This document shows, piece by piece, positions 45,244 through 58,939 of a stretch of DNA of 64,000 nt. The notes under the pieces were generated by a model. The model was not told the origin of the DNA and did no database searches. It was given only the letters and a program-made list of their open reading frames with translations. The stretch's first letter is position 1. Each line of letters begins with the position of its first letter. This DNA is from the human T2T-CHM13v2.0 reference genome, Homo sapiens, in assembly GCF_009914755.1 (NCBI RefSeq), contig NC_060930.1; one strand, 5' to 3'. A program made the position numbers and the translations under genes.

Positions 45244-47299
45244 CTGAATCCAAGTGGTACGCTCTTTATATTTTAGGTTTAGGGCTTTGTACTGCAGAAG
45301 GATAAAAGACAGTTCAGGATTAGGTAAGGGAGTTAAATTAGTTCAGGTCTGAGCTGATGTTACTGAAAAATGGCATAGACTAAATTAAATGACACTTACA
45401 GAAATATAAGCAAATTGTTTCTGGAACAGAGAAAAAGGAGCAATCAATTCTTACAAACATTGTATTGAACACCTGTGCTTAAAAGGCAAGCAGGATACCT
45501 TCCCTGCCAAATGTTTCCAGTTCTCTTGTCTTATTTGGATAGTATTAGTTCAATTGTTTCATTTCCCTTTTCAACCTGGGCTTTCGTGACTATTTCCCTT
45601 CTGCTTTTCCTCCTCGTTTCTGGGCAGTTTGCCTATCCATACATACAGTCCTCTATCTCCACTTGGATAGTCCTTCTTCATTCTTGTGTTGCTCCCTTGT
45701 AGAAAGCACTCTCAGGGTTTTGTGAGCTGAATGGATACCACGTTTTTGGCATGCTCCCTTATATGAACAATAACCTTTTCTTACTTAAAGGAGACACAAA
45801 GCATGTAGCAAAAAGTTAACTTCATTCCGTTTTGCTTCAGCTCTAGATCTGAGTCATGACTTTTAAAAACAAATGCCAAAGCGGTCATCAGACTTACTAG
45901 GGGCTGTTAATACTTCACAGGCCTTTTAAATCCAATAAATGTAATGGAAGAATGTCAGTGTTTTCTGTGATTACCAGGTTATCACTGACAGAATCTCTGA
46001 CTGAGAGAATATTAAGGCTTATTCTGTGGCTCACTGTGTAACTCATAAGTCCTAGTGGTTATATATATATATATATATATTTTCATTTGCAGTCTGTCAA
46101 AGATTTAAATAAATTTTGTCTATTTTTAACCTATTTTTAAATATGTCTTTGCTGATCAGATATTCACATTATATTTCATGCTCTTAGAAATGTGAATTAC
46201 TCTTAGTGTATCCTACCACAGGTATAAATAAGTATAATTTACTTAAAATTCAGTATACAAAATTTCCATCATTTACCAATGACCATTGATGGCAGAAAAG
46301 ACAAAAACAAAAATTTATTGGTATAGAAATGAGAGGACTTGGGTTTTAATTTTAGATTTCTCAGTTACAAATTAGGTGACTTTTAAGCAAATCACCTAAA
46401 TTCTTTGTGCTTCAGGGTATTTTTCCATAAAATGGGGAGAATCCCAATCTCCCTGCTCCCTAACCAGCCTGTTGAGTGGCTCCCTTGAAGCCATGTATGA
46501 GAGCATGGTGAGGAGTGGGAGGCCTAAGGCTTAGGGGAGCCCTGTCACCCCCCGGTCATCCCTCACACAGCTCTCACCACTTCTTTTCTGGAAGCCTTGA
46601 GCATTCTTTTCCCTCTTCCTGTGGTCTTCCCACAGGTGAGTAGACAAAGGGCAGGATTCACTTTCCCCTACCTTGTGTCCATTCTAATCTTCTCTCTAGC
46701 TATTCCTCTCCAGCTTCTCAACTTATTTCTGAAACATCTCCAAAATTCTGTTCTGAAGCTGGTACGGGGCATTCCCATTCATTTCCCTGTGCAAAGTGGC
46801 AAGGTGGAAGTGTGGGGCCTGTAGATCCCATCACTGCCACTGCTCAGGGCTCGGTCCTCGGCACTGTTGCCCACTCACCTCGGTTTTGCACCACCCAAGT
46901 GCCTGTGGGGATTGCTGTGCCTAGACACACATACCCATATTTCTTCTTTAGCTGCTGCTACCAGGTTGCCCTCTCTTACAGACACTACGTATTTCAGAGG
47001 AAGCACATATGGGCTTCCCACATAATTTCCAGAGGTAGTTAGGTTTGGTTGTCTCCATTTCACAGATTAAACAATTGAGGCATGAAATTGTTTAATGAGA
47101 GTTGTAACTGTATCTTCAGAATTTTAGCTAATGCCTCTTCCACTGTAGCTCCACAAGTATTTCACTACAGTAGATAGAAAGAGAAAAATGTGTTTTGTAG
47201 TTTTACTGGTTTATTGCAATGTCTTTTCTTCCTCCTCCTCCTGTTGTTCTTCTTCTTCCCTTTTTTTAAAACTTAAAATTAATGGAATAAAATGATGCT

Positions 47300-47610
47300 G
47301 GCCAGGTGTGGTGGCTCATGCCTATAATCCTAGCACTTTGGGAGGCCAAGGTGGGTGGATCACCTGAGGTGATCGAAACCAACCTGGCCAAAAAACGGTG
47401 AAACCCCGTCTCTACTAAAAATACAAAAAATAGCCAGGCTTGGTGGCAGGCGCCTGTAGTCCCAGCTACTTTGCTGAGACTGAGGCATGCAAATTGCTTG
47501 ACCCCGGGAGGCAGAGGTTGCAGTGAGTTGAGATCGCGCCACTGCATTTCAGCCTGGGCGATAGAGCCAGACTCTGGTCTCAAAAATAAATAAATAAGTA
47601 CAAATAGAAC
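47300..47610 (+). mobile_element. AluS
   Basis: Full Alu with small deletion; TSD aaaatgatg(c/t)t. Confidence 0.9.
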
Positions 47611-47661
47611 AAAATGATGTTGAAGTAAGAGAGTAAATGAAAACACTTATTTGATTAGTAA

Positions 47662-47992
<331 letters not shown>

Positions 47993-48310
47993 TCTTTTCT
48001 TTTCTTTAAGAGATGAGGTCTTGCTCTGTCATCCCGGCTGAAGTGCAGTATACGATCATAGCTCACTGAAGCCTCTAATTCCTGGGCTCAAGCAATCCTC
48101 CCGCCTTAGCCTCCTGAGTAGCTGGGACTACAGGTGTGCACCACCATGCCTGGCTACTTTTAAAACAATTTTTGTAAAGATGGGGGTCTCACTGTGTTGC
48201 CCAGCTTGAGGATTGCTTGAGGCCTAGTCTCCAACTCCTGGCCTCAAAAAATCCTCCTGCCTTGGCCTCCCAACATGCTGGGATTACAGGCATGCCTACC
48301 ATGCTCAGCC
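47993..48310 (-). mobile_element. AluJ with a 17-bp inverted insert
   Basis: J diagnostics; extra gaggattgcttgaggcc at 48208-48224. Confidence 0.87.
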
Positions 48311-49924
48311 ATGATTTTTACATTCTAATTACAGATCACACTAAGGTGAACATTACAATTTTAATATAATAAATTCTATATGTAGAAAATAATGGATTGT
48401 TGTTAGTAACAAATGGCTGGCCATTGAATCCTTAGTTTGACTCTCACTTACTTTGTGCTCTTTTGAAATACACTGTCTCTAGGGCATTTCCATGTTTAGA
48501 GTTTGATAACCAAAGACACTGCCCTGACTTGTGCAATTTCAAAAAAGAAAAACCCCAGAAGTTGTCACCCCACAAGACACCTTTCTGATCAGAGCTGTTC
48601 ATATTCAGGTCCCAACATGCAGCTTCAGTTTTTTTCTTAAGTGGAAATTCAGTAGCATTGAACACAATGTATTTAGGAAATTTAAATATTGAGCAATTTC
48701 AAATATCTCTAGAGTAATTTCCTTTGGGAACTTGTGATTTGAAAAGGTTACTATTTGAATTCCCAAGAGATTCTGGAACCCAAAATTCAGGGCTTGGATG
48801 TGGGACAGGAACCCAGAGTAACTGAAATCCAGCTTCTCTGAGGCATCACAGCTTGGTGGTGGGTCAGAGGGCTGATGGACTAGCCACCTAAATGACTCTA
48901 ATGGGTTGGCACAGAGAGGAGAGTGTGATTAGGTGAAGTTACCTGTTTCTGTGACAACCTTTGGAAATTCTTCTGTGTTCTAATAATTTAGATGAATTCA
49001 GAAAGAAGATGAGTAATCATAACAATAAAGAACTAAACCAGAAATCCAAAGACTTGGATCTTTGCTAATATTAGCTATGTTTATTCAGTGATGTCACTTG
49101 ACTTTCTTGAGGCTTAGATTCCTCATTTATAATAGGAAGGGTGAATTCAGTCTTTTATCATAGGGTTTGTTCTGGTCTTAAAGTCTCTGAATTACATAGG
49201 TTAGTTTATAATTTTTACAGGAAAGTTTGTCATGTAAGTACAATAAGCAGCAATGTGTAATGTGTAAGGAAATTGAATTCATTCCAGTGATAGTTATTTC
49301 CACCCTTTTCAGTGGGGGTGCCCTTGATGAAACGTAGAGTCATCAAAATCAAGATGTTTCAAACCCCTTCTGAGTAGAAATCTTAAACATCTTGGATGAT
49401 TGCAAATGGGAAAGAGGAAAACTGCAAAAATTATGTGTTTATTTTAGACACATAACATGAAAGAGTGGATTACATAAATGCTATTTCAAGAAATCTCTTA
49501 AGATGTACATACATTTGTGTCTATATGTTTGATGATCACTTTACAAATTCAGCATAGGATCATAACATAGAAACTGAGGTATATCCAGACACTCCTATAT
49601 GCAGCATAGAAGAATTTAACTAATGACAAAAATTCAGGGGACAAAAAAGTTTACAAAATTTGTGTCTGGCTTCTTTGTAGTCATAATGTGTCTGTTGACT
49701 TAATAAAATAGCATATTGCTTTCTTTACAGGTTTGAATCATAGTGTCTTGTGGCCAAAATTCCTAAATTCTGCTCACGGTTCAGCCATTTCCTGGGTGTG
49801 TTACCTTAGGTAAAGCATTTTACCTCTTTGGAGCTCAGTTCTTTCAACCATGAATTCTAAGTGCTAAAAACCATATCCAGTGAAAGACAGTTTTACTGAG
49901 AGAAGGTTACCTAGGAGATTGGCA

Positions 49925-50335
49925 TCTTAGGTGAGTTCAGCTAGAAGCAAACTCTATGACAAGGATGTAAGTATAGATGTAATTTAGGAAATACCTGTGG
50001 GAAGTGAGTAAGAAGCCAGCCAGTAAAGGGGAAATTATAATGCCAGTTTCCACTGTTGGTAAATAGAGGTTGATCCTCTTGGGAAATTCTGGACACCATT
50101 GCAGAACTCAGAACTATGCCGTCTTTGGGGAGAGGAGCTGGAGTATTAAAACACCAAGTTCTGCCAGTCATTGGTTAAGGGCCGATCCTGCAGGCACTGT
50201 TTCTCTGGTACTTTCTGCTTTGGGCAATGTGTGCTCCTGCTAGCCAGAAAGCCCCCAGGTGGTTGGAAGTCCAGTTGTCCCAGGCTATATTATCTTGAGG
50301 AGATATGGACAGGGCATGGACAATGTCTGACATAA
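49925..50335 (-). mobile_element. Old ERVL-type LTR
   Basis: agaagcaaactctatgacaaggat...gaggagctggagtatt...cagtcattggttaagggc; subfamily uncertain. Confidence 0.55.
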
Positions 50336-50982
50336 TCTAGTTACAGGGGTACAGCCAGAGTACATCTAAACTGCTAGACTATGGTGCACCAAGGGAAGAT
50401 AGATATGCACTCACTTCTAGAAGGAAACACCTCTAAGAGACACTGAAGCAGTACACCAGGAAGCAATGAACAGTCCTCCTCAGCTGTGTCAGTTTCCTGT
50501 CTACCTCTAAACAAAGGCATGCAACAGCCAGGGAGGGGCAGGCTTCTGAGCTCTTAATAGCCTTAGATTTGGGAGGCCAGCCATGGGCATTGCAAAAAAC
50601 ATGTTGACAGTACACGTGTGGTCAGTAGTCAAAATTGCAGGGCCTAATTGCTGGCTACATCTAGGACATAGCACTTTAAGGGGAGTAGTATCCATGAGGA
50701 CTTTGTTGATGCAAAGGGCAAAACTACACGGGGAATCTGATTTATTTTGTGGAAATTCTTCTTTTGATAGAGAAAGAAATTCTCTGGTATGTTGTAAAAG
50801 AATATTAGGAGATACAGAAATTTTTATTAGGTTTTATGGGAAATCAAACCAGTTATTAGCATCATTCCTGAAAGATTTTGAAACATCTGGACTTTGAAAT
50901 TTTTGTTCCTTCAGTGTCACCAGTTTTGTGAAAACTCCCTATTGCTTTCTAGGTAAAGTTGGCTTCTAAAAATGAATTTTTT

Positions 50983-51050
50983 GGCCAAGCATGGTGGCTC
51001 ATGCCTGTAATACCAGCACTTTGGAAGGCCAAGAATAAAATAAAAATAAT
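50983..51050 (+). mobile_element. Alu stub: first ~50 nt fused to tail, TSD retained
   Basis: ggccaagcatggtggctcatgcctgtaat...ggccaag then A-rich tail; TSD-like aaaaat(g/c)aa.tttt. Confidence 0.75.
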
Positions 51051-52693
51051 AAAAATCAAATTTTCTACCAATTGCTCTTTATACAATGGAAAAGAATGTA
51101 ATCTCTGTTAGAATTATAATTTTCTTTCATATTTTTGTAATAATTTTGATTTTATTTTTAATATTTATGCCAGAATCAAAAGCCAAGTGTTTGGAAATAG
51201 TTTCTGTGCTATTGGCATGCAAAAGCTAGCTTTGGATGATAATCCATACACTTGTGATTATTATAAAAAATTGTGATTAACTATAACATTACCTGATGAA
51301 TCATTGTCCTTGAGTTAGACACATTGCAAAAGACAATTGTAATTAGAACATCATGACTTTATTATTATTAAGTAATCTGCTTACTACAAAATTATTGATA
51401 TCTAAGTAGGGCTAATGGGAAATCCTGCAATGTTTTGTGTGTGTCTCTATATCCACAAAAGGCAAGTAAGTAATCAAGTGGGCAGAAAGACTCTTGAGGT
51501 AGCTTTTTCCAGAATGGAGGTAGTGAGTTCAACTTGAACTAGTCATGGAACCAGAATTTTAAAGATTTTTTTAAAAGTATATGAAGATATTACCTCATCT
51601 AGTATTTCTCAAAATGTGTTAAATATCCAAATCAAAATCACTCAGGTGTAAAAAGCAGATTTCTGTTCCTCTAGAAATTCAAATTTGACAGATCTGAGGT
51701 CTGCATCTTAACCTCCATAAGTAGTCGTTAAAGTTTGAGAACCAAGGATCTAGCCCAGTTGGGATTAGGAAACTGAAATCCCAAAAGGGACTTGCCAAGG
51801 GCACCAGGCTATTCAGTGGCAAAGCTGGGGCCAGAACCAAGCTTTCTCTAGTTTAATGTTCATAAATGCATGTCCCAAACTTATCCTTTGCTTAAGTGAT
51901 GATAAGTAATCTTTTACTATAGAATCAAATACAGCAGATGTATTAAGTCTCAATCCTTTCATAAATGTAAATGTGTAAATGAAATTTACACAGACTAGAA
52001 TAATAGAATAGTTTATAGTTTTGAAAGGCTGGACTTTAGTTCCTGAAAGACTGTGAAACAAAACAGACAAAAAGTGCTGGTATGAACAGATCGCTAACAA
52101 GGCTCCCATATGAATGTATCATATGATATGTCACACATGTTTTTCCTCTGATCAGTTCTTTATTTCCACATCTATTGCTCATATTTGGCAAGTTTGCAAC
52201 AGATAACTTCCTCCTGCAGTTTCTCATATGCAATCTCCTAAGTGTTCCAATGTGAATACACTACTTAGAACCACATCGTTGATGACTATCTGGGCTGGTG
52301 AGTTTTTGAGATTAGTACATGGAGCTAGGGAAGTTATAATTGTGGTTCTCAACCCTGTGTGTGGCCAGTCAGCTTTGCACAGAGAGAAAAAAAGAAGCTT
52401 CCTTGTTCATAAACTGCATTTCTAACAAGGCAAGTCTTCCTGCAGATGTGTAGTGTTGGCCATGCAGGTACCAGGTGACAGCAGGTGTGAACTCAGCACA
52501 GCACATCACCTCTATTGAGGAGCAGCTTGCAGAGCACTTACTGCTGATGGTGTGAGGTCAGTGTCACCTTTGTTTAGGATGGAAAATAGCATGAGTTTAA
52601 ACTGTGACCCAAAACAAGGCTACAGAGACTCCTCTTTGACCTACTGGCCTTCTGGGGACTTCCCATCGGTAACTGAGGCCCTGTTCTTTAGAG

Positions 52694-55390
52694 CAGTGGT
52701 CCCCAACCTTTTTGGCACCAGGGACCAGTTTCATGGAAGATGATTTTTCCATAGACCGGGGGAAGACGGGGACGGGGATGGTTTCAGGATGATTTAAGTG
52801 CATTACACTTATTGTGCACTTTGTCTCTCTTATTACTACATTGTAATATATAATGAAATAGTTATACAACTCACCATAATGTAGAATCAGTGGGAGCCCT
52901 AAGCACGTTTTCTTGCACCTAGATGGTCTCATCTGGGGGTGATGGGAGAGAGTGACACTCGAATTGCGTTGTTTATGTCCAGTCTACTCCGTAATCTCAT
53001 TTTGCTTGCAGTCACTGAAGAAAACCCTGCTTCACAAAGATAGGATGTTGGAAATGGAAGCATGCTTCTCAGTGCTTTTGTGGCAATCTCAGAATATTCT
53101 GGCTTGATTCCATCCAGAATGTATGGAGATTTGAAGTTTTCTCATACTTTTAAGTATGTTAAGTATGTTTTAAAAGTAAAACATACTTTTAAGGCCACTC
53201 TCATTTGTGATCTCAAGCAGGTGATCCTCTTCTAACTCAGACAACATCAATTCACCTGGATTATTCACAAATGGGTCACAGATACATTCTTCCCAGTTCA
53301 GGTGTCTTTTGTGGTTGGGGAGTAATGCTCAAACTCTTTTGAAAGCTGAGATAGGTGATCATGCACCAACTGGGAGAAAGAAGGCCCTGGCTCAGTCTCT
53401 TTCAAAATCTCTGCTAATGTTTGAAACATGTCAGAAATCCCAATGTTCACTCATCACTCCCATAATTCCAGTTTGGCTTTGAATGCAGCCACTTTATCTG
53501 CCGACTTGAACATAGTTGTCATTCTCCCATGAAGTGACAGATTGAGTTCATTGAGCAGGTTGAATATGTCACACAAGTAAGCAAGTTTTGCCACTGATTC
53601 TGTGTCACTGAAATGTGCTGCCAGTGGTGACTATTTTTCTAAAAGAAATCCCTGAAACAGCTCTCATAACAAAAACTCTGGCCAGTGATCTACCTTTAGA
53701 AAACCATCTCACTTCTGTGTATAAGAGAAACGTGTGTGCTCTGCATCCATCTCCTCTCAGAGCTGCTCAAACAGACATGGGTTAAGGGCATGTACTTTAA
53801 TGGTGGTTGATAATATTAATCACATCCTGCAAGACATTGTTAAGTTCAGGTGACAGTTTTTGGCTAGCCAGCATTTCTCTACTGGATAACACAGTGCATA
53901 GCCTCACATTCAGAAACAATCTCTTTGACCTGAGCAGTGAAGCCAGAAAGCCATCCAGTCATGGCAGCTACTCTGTCCATGCATATACTGACACAAAATG
54001 ACCAATTCAGTTTTCCTGATACATAATCATTCAAAGACTTGAATAGTTCTGCAGATGTGATGTTGGTTGGTAATAACAGTGCACATAACATCTTCATGCA
54101 CATCCTCCTGAAAACTATATCGCACAAAAACAAGAATTGTTGTTTCATTGTAAACGTCGGTAGACTCGTCAACCTGAATTGCATACCACGGTGACTCATT
54201 AATCCTCTCTAACAATTATGTTTCAATATCCTATTCATCAGTTCATCTAGTTATGGTGCTAGCCCAAAGAGGAACACATGCCACCTTTTGAACCACAGCC
54301 TCTCTTAAAAATTCATGACAAACGTTCTTAGCAGCAGGCAGGATCAACTGTTCACCAATAGTAAAGAGCTTCTTGGCTTTAGCAATGCAGTTAGCCACTA
54401 AGAATGATGCTCTCAGTGCAGGCCCATTTGATGATGTGATGGCCTTCAATAACTGCTTCTGTTCTTGGTGTTCACATTAAAACAAAACAAAACAACAACA
54501 ACAACAAAAAACCTCCAAAGGCTCATCTTTTAATGCAGGGTACTTGGTCTCCACGTGGCGAAGCAGTTTTGAAGGTTTCATGGCTTCATTGGATAGCCAG
54601 TCACAACATATTATACAAAGTGGGCTTACAGAATGTGAATAACCTGTTGCAATGAACCTGTAACTTCAGTAGGACTCAGTATTTTCTTTTAAATGCAGCT
54701 TTCTTTTTGTTGGCAGTCTTATAGTCTTCTGCTGTCTAATCACTGGGTCTTTCCCCGTTTTTCAAAGAAGCTCTCCAGTGACATTTGTTTTTTACTAATT
54801 TTGGCTAAGGTTGGCTTGTGAGCTTACCAAAACTGTGACTGAGACAAGTGCGTAGTGCAGGAAAGAGGTGTGGACAGAAGTGGTAAATAAAATAATGGAT
54901 AGGCTGTGTGTGGACTAAAATAAGTGTCAGATTCTGACTTAAAGCCTGCCACCAGTTGCAGCTTAATTGTCACTTGCCACTCACTGTTAGGGTTTTGATA
55001 TGAGTCTGCAAGCAATTGATGTATTATGGTCTCTGTGCAGACCTCTCTGCTAATGTTAATCTGTATTTGCACCTGCTCCCCAGTGCGTGCATCACTGCCC
55101 CAGCTCCACCTCAGATCATCAGGCATTAGATTCTCATAAGGAGCATGCAGCCTAGATCCCTTGTATGTACAGTTCACAATAGGGGTCACACTCCTATGAG
55201 AATCGAATGCCACCGCTAGACATACCATCAAGAGGCAGAGCTCAGGTGGTAATGCAAGTGATGGAGATCGGCTGTAAATAACAGATGAAGCTTCGCTCAC
55301 TTGCCTGTCATTCACTTCCTGCTATGTGGCCTGGTTCTTAATAGGCCCTGGACCACTATCCGTCCATGGCCCCAGGATTTGGGACCCCTG
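52694..55390 (-). mobile_element. Apparently full-length Charlie3 (MER1 family, hAT)
   Basis: MER1 termini cagtggtccccaacc and gggacccctg; 8-bp TSD ctttagag (52686-52693) and ctctagag (55391-55398) fitting NTCTAGAN; 2697 bp. Confidence 0.92.
52960..54800 (-). pseudogene. Decayed Charlie3 hAT transposase (ZBED5/Buster-like)
   Basis: Fragments ALRASFLVANCIAKAKKLFTIGEQLILPAAK, WYAIQVDESTDV and AMHCVIQ, broken by frameshifts and stops. Confidence 0.85.
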
Positions 55391-56281
55391 CTCTAGAGGA
55401 GACAGAGTTGAGACAGGGTTGATTTGGAAACAGGGTTGATTTTGACATTGCTTAAAGTAAAATTGAGACAATAGCTCGTATTTCATCTACTCTCTTTTCT
55501 TTTATTCTTGTAACTGTATCTTTAGTAAGGATTTCAAGGGATTTACCATGGAACATAAAATATAACAAAGTAGCATAATTTAAAAGTATAGTAAAACAAG
55601 GAAGAAAATATCCAGAGGTGGAACCCAAGTTAATAAGGAATAAGGCTAAGCCAATTGGTCATAATCTAGGATCTGATGTGCAAATTAATAAAATATCAGT
55701 ATGAAGTTGTAAGGATTTATGGAACATATTGAATTATCAGAATTTCCATAGTAAGACTGTCACTGGAATTAGAAAATCTTTGAACTCTGAATGGAAAAAA
55801 ATTTGTGATACAAATACTGGGAGAAGTGAGGAGGGAAAAGGAAGCTGAGGAAGGTAATCTTGTAACCTGCTTTCACACCCAGGAGAGATGGAAGAGACTC
55901 CGCTCCCCTCATGGGGTCTTAAGCATGAAAGGACTGTACGTCCCTCTATACTCACAGCCGATTCCTACAGGCACCATTGCTCCTCCCTCCTGCTGTCACC
56001 TCCCTGTCTCTTTTTTGCTCAACAGGTACTAATTACTTTTATTCTTGTCACACCTCCACCCTAGTAAGGGTTTTAGATACTCGACAGGACATTTGCTATC
56101 CATGCAAAGTTTTTTCTATTGCTGTGTACAATTCTGCTCAACCCCAGATGGATAGGTTTAACAACGGGTTAACTCAATTGGGTTGAGTGAGGGTAGGAAA
56201 TTTTGTTGTGGGGAGGGGTGTCTCTAGCACTCTATGCTTGGTATAGTGCAAGAAAGGAGCTTTTTAGATTCTCATGGTAAC

Positions 56282-56339
56282 AAAATTATGAAGACCCATA
56301 AAAATAACTCAAAATTATGAAGACCCATAAAAATAACTC
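56282..56339 (+). repeat. Perfect 29-bp tandem duplication
   Basis: aaaattatgaagacccataaaaataactc twice. Confidence 0.95.
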
Positions 56340-58939
56340 AAAAATAGCTTTTTCCTATGTATTATCATCCATGAACGTCACTCGTGAATTCTCAGGTGCT
56401 CTAAAGATTATCAGTGACCTTTTATTCTTCCATTGGAGCAATTATTTCAGGTCCTGTCTGCTACTCTTTAAAACATTTATTGAGCCATGAGTGTGCCAGG
56501 TTAGGGCATTGGTAGGAAGGCCATGTGTCCTGGTTTATGCCTGTTTTCCCTCCACAGTTATTACTGGCACTCCCTTTGACTCTGAGCAGATCCTTGTTTG
56601 GATGTCTAGTTATGCCACCTCACCATGAACCTGGCTTGTGCTACGAATCCTTTTCAAGCTCCTGCTGCCACAATAGTAGAGGGGTAAATCACGTGCACTT
56701 CTTTTCTATGTATGTTGAAAAACTTCCTCAGAAGTCTGAAAATCACTGTGTAGATAGGCTTGCCATGTTCATCTTGGCACCTCCCAAATTTTCTAGGTCC
56801 TGAACTATCCTGGGGCTAACATCAAGTGTTTTGGCCATGCACTTATTTCATAAATTTAAGGAAAGAAGGAAGGAGAGAGTTGATCCCCTTTTCCACCTGC
56901 CCCTCCCTCTACCCCCAGCCCAGAACCTGTCTTCTTTATAAATTTTTGGCAAATGTTTTGTTGAATTGCCCCTTCTAACTTTATTATTAGCAACTTAAGA
57001 GCAAAGGCTCTTATGGTTTAATAATATTTTGAATATGTAATTTTATGTGTGTTAAAAAGTTTCATTTTAAGCAGGAGCCTCTTAAAAAGGGGAACATACT
57101 TCAGTTCTAGAGTAGAATTATAATTTCTGGCATCACTCCTCATTGTGCAGAGAAAAATATCATCTGACATATGACCTTATGAATTATGCTTTTTACTTTA
57201 TAGGTTCCAGTTGGCAAGTTTATTTCTCAAGTTGTTTCTTTTTATGTACTTTGCTGATGATTAGAATAAGATGCCACCATATAAGAAACAATATTTTGGT
57301 TATCGCCATCTTGTAAAATCACTAGGTTTATATCAGAGGGATGACTAGCTGAGAGAAAGATCAGTGCTTTTTACAATATTATTTACTTTAAAAGACAAAC
57401 AGAATTCTTTATCATGATAGCTAGGACTATTTTGTACTTTTAAACCTAAAGAGACTGTGCCTAAGCAGAGAAATTGACACTGGCATAAAGTCAGTACCAT
57501 TTTCACCAGTTTTTTAATTGCCAGAGTCTAGTTTATGTTTATTTTCACCTAGTTATCCTCAGCTCAGTACTGAAGTGACACTTGGGATTAAATTTTCTTT
57601 CCCAAATCTTCCTTTATAGTTTCCTCTGTGACTTTTTATCATTTTGTAAATCTTTTTTTTAGATTAAAAATTGCTTTTTGTTATATGATTTCTGTTTGTT
57701 TGATTACTAGGGAATTAGAAAATTGCCGTATATATTTATTGGCCACTTACTTGTATTTATTCTTTTGTGGAATGTTCTTTTCCCATTTTAATATTGGTGT
57801 GTTTGTGTTTTCTTAATTGATTTGTAAGAACTCAGTGGTAAAATTAAATTGGGCACCCTTGATTTGGCTCGAGTTGGACAACATTATGCTTTTTCTTAAG
57901 ATTATGAGTGAAACTAGTTTTCTTTTACAGAATTCAATTCTACATGTCCAATTAAAAATTTTTAATCAACCATAGTAGTGTTCCAAAATTTGTCAAAATT
58001 GATGTATTCTTTCAAAAATATACTATGAAATAAACAGATCAGTTGCATTAAAAAGCAAGGTGTTGATCTCATTTGTTTAGTTTGTCTTTGCAAGTCACAT
58101 TTTAGAAAAATAGCAATTTTTTACCTCTGTCTCACAGATGAAGTGTGAGCTTTCTTTCCTGAGCAGAAATATGAAGTAACTTATATATGTTAGCTGGGTA
58201 CTTTTGTCTGTGGGAGAGATAGTTGAGTCTTTTTCGGTAGTTGCTTTTATGGATATACTTATATATAATATAAAAGCATATTTTTATCACTTTATATATT
58301 TTTGCATATGTTTTGGTTCAGTCGACTCCTATAGTGAGAGGCAGGTTTCTGTTGTATTGTGATGTTTTAACTTTTTTCAGCTGCTACAACTTAAGCCCTT
58401 AATATGAAATATTAACTTTATTTCATAATAGCTATGAAAATATTTCGTTGTTCACCCTTTTGGCAAAGGATACTTTTTGTGTAAACCTTTGGAAAAATTG
58501 TTGTTTTTGTATGCCTATGCTGATTTTAATTGGAAATAATCCCTAGGTCTAGGTAAACAGTTTAATTAATTTTTTTGAACATTATTTTTCCAGGTTCCAG
58601 GCTTACAGTTTAATTAATTTTATCCATGAAGCCTGTTATTGTTCAGGGACAAATAGCATTAAGATGAATCATTTATAAAATGGAGCTGTAAAGAAAACTA
58701 TGTTCTGATCAGAAATACCAAAGAACAAATATCGTATTGTTTGGAAATACTACTTGGTTTTAGGGACTTAGTACCAAAGCAGGAAATAGGATTACAAAAG
58801 TTACCATTGGTTCTTTGGCACTTCCTTACTAAATCACATTGTCTAAAGCAGTGACATGTTATAATAAATCTGATCTCCTCTCCCCTCCCCTTCCCTCCTC
58901 TCTCTCCCTTTTCTTTCTTTTCTTCTCCCTTCTTTCCCT

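Noticed and set aside
55412-55443. Short direct repeat acagggttgattt beside Charlie3 (similar: acagtttaattaatttt at ~58557 and ~58605)
   Set aside because: Ordinary small slippage duplications.
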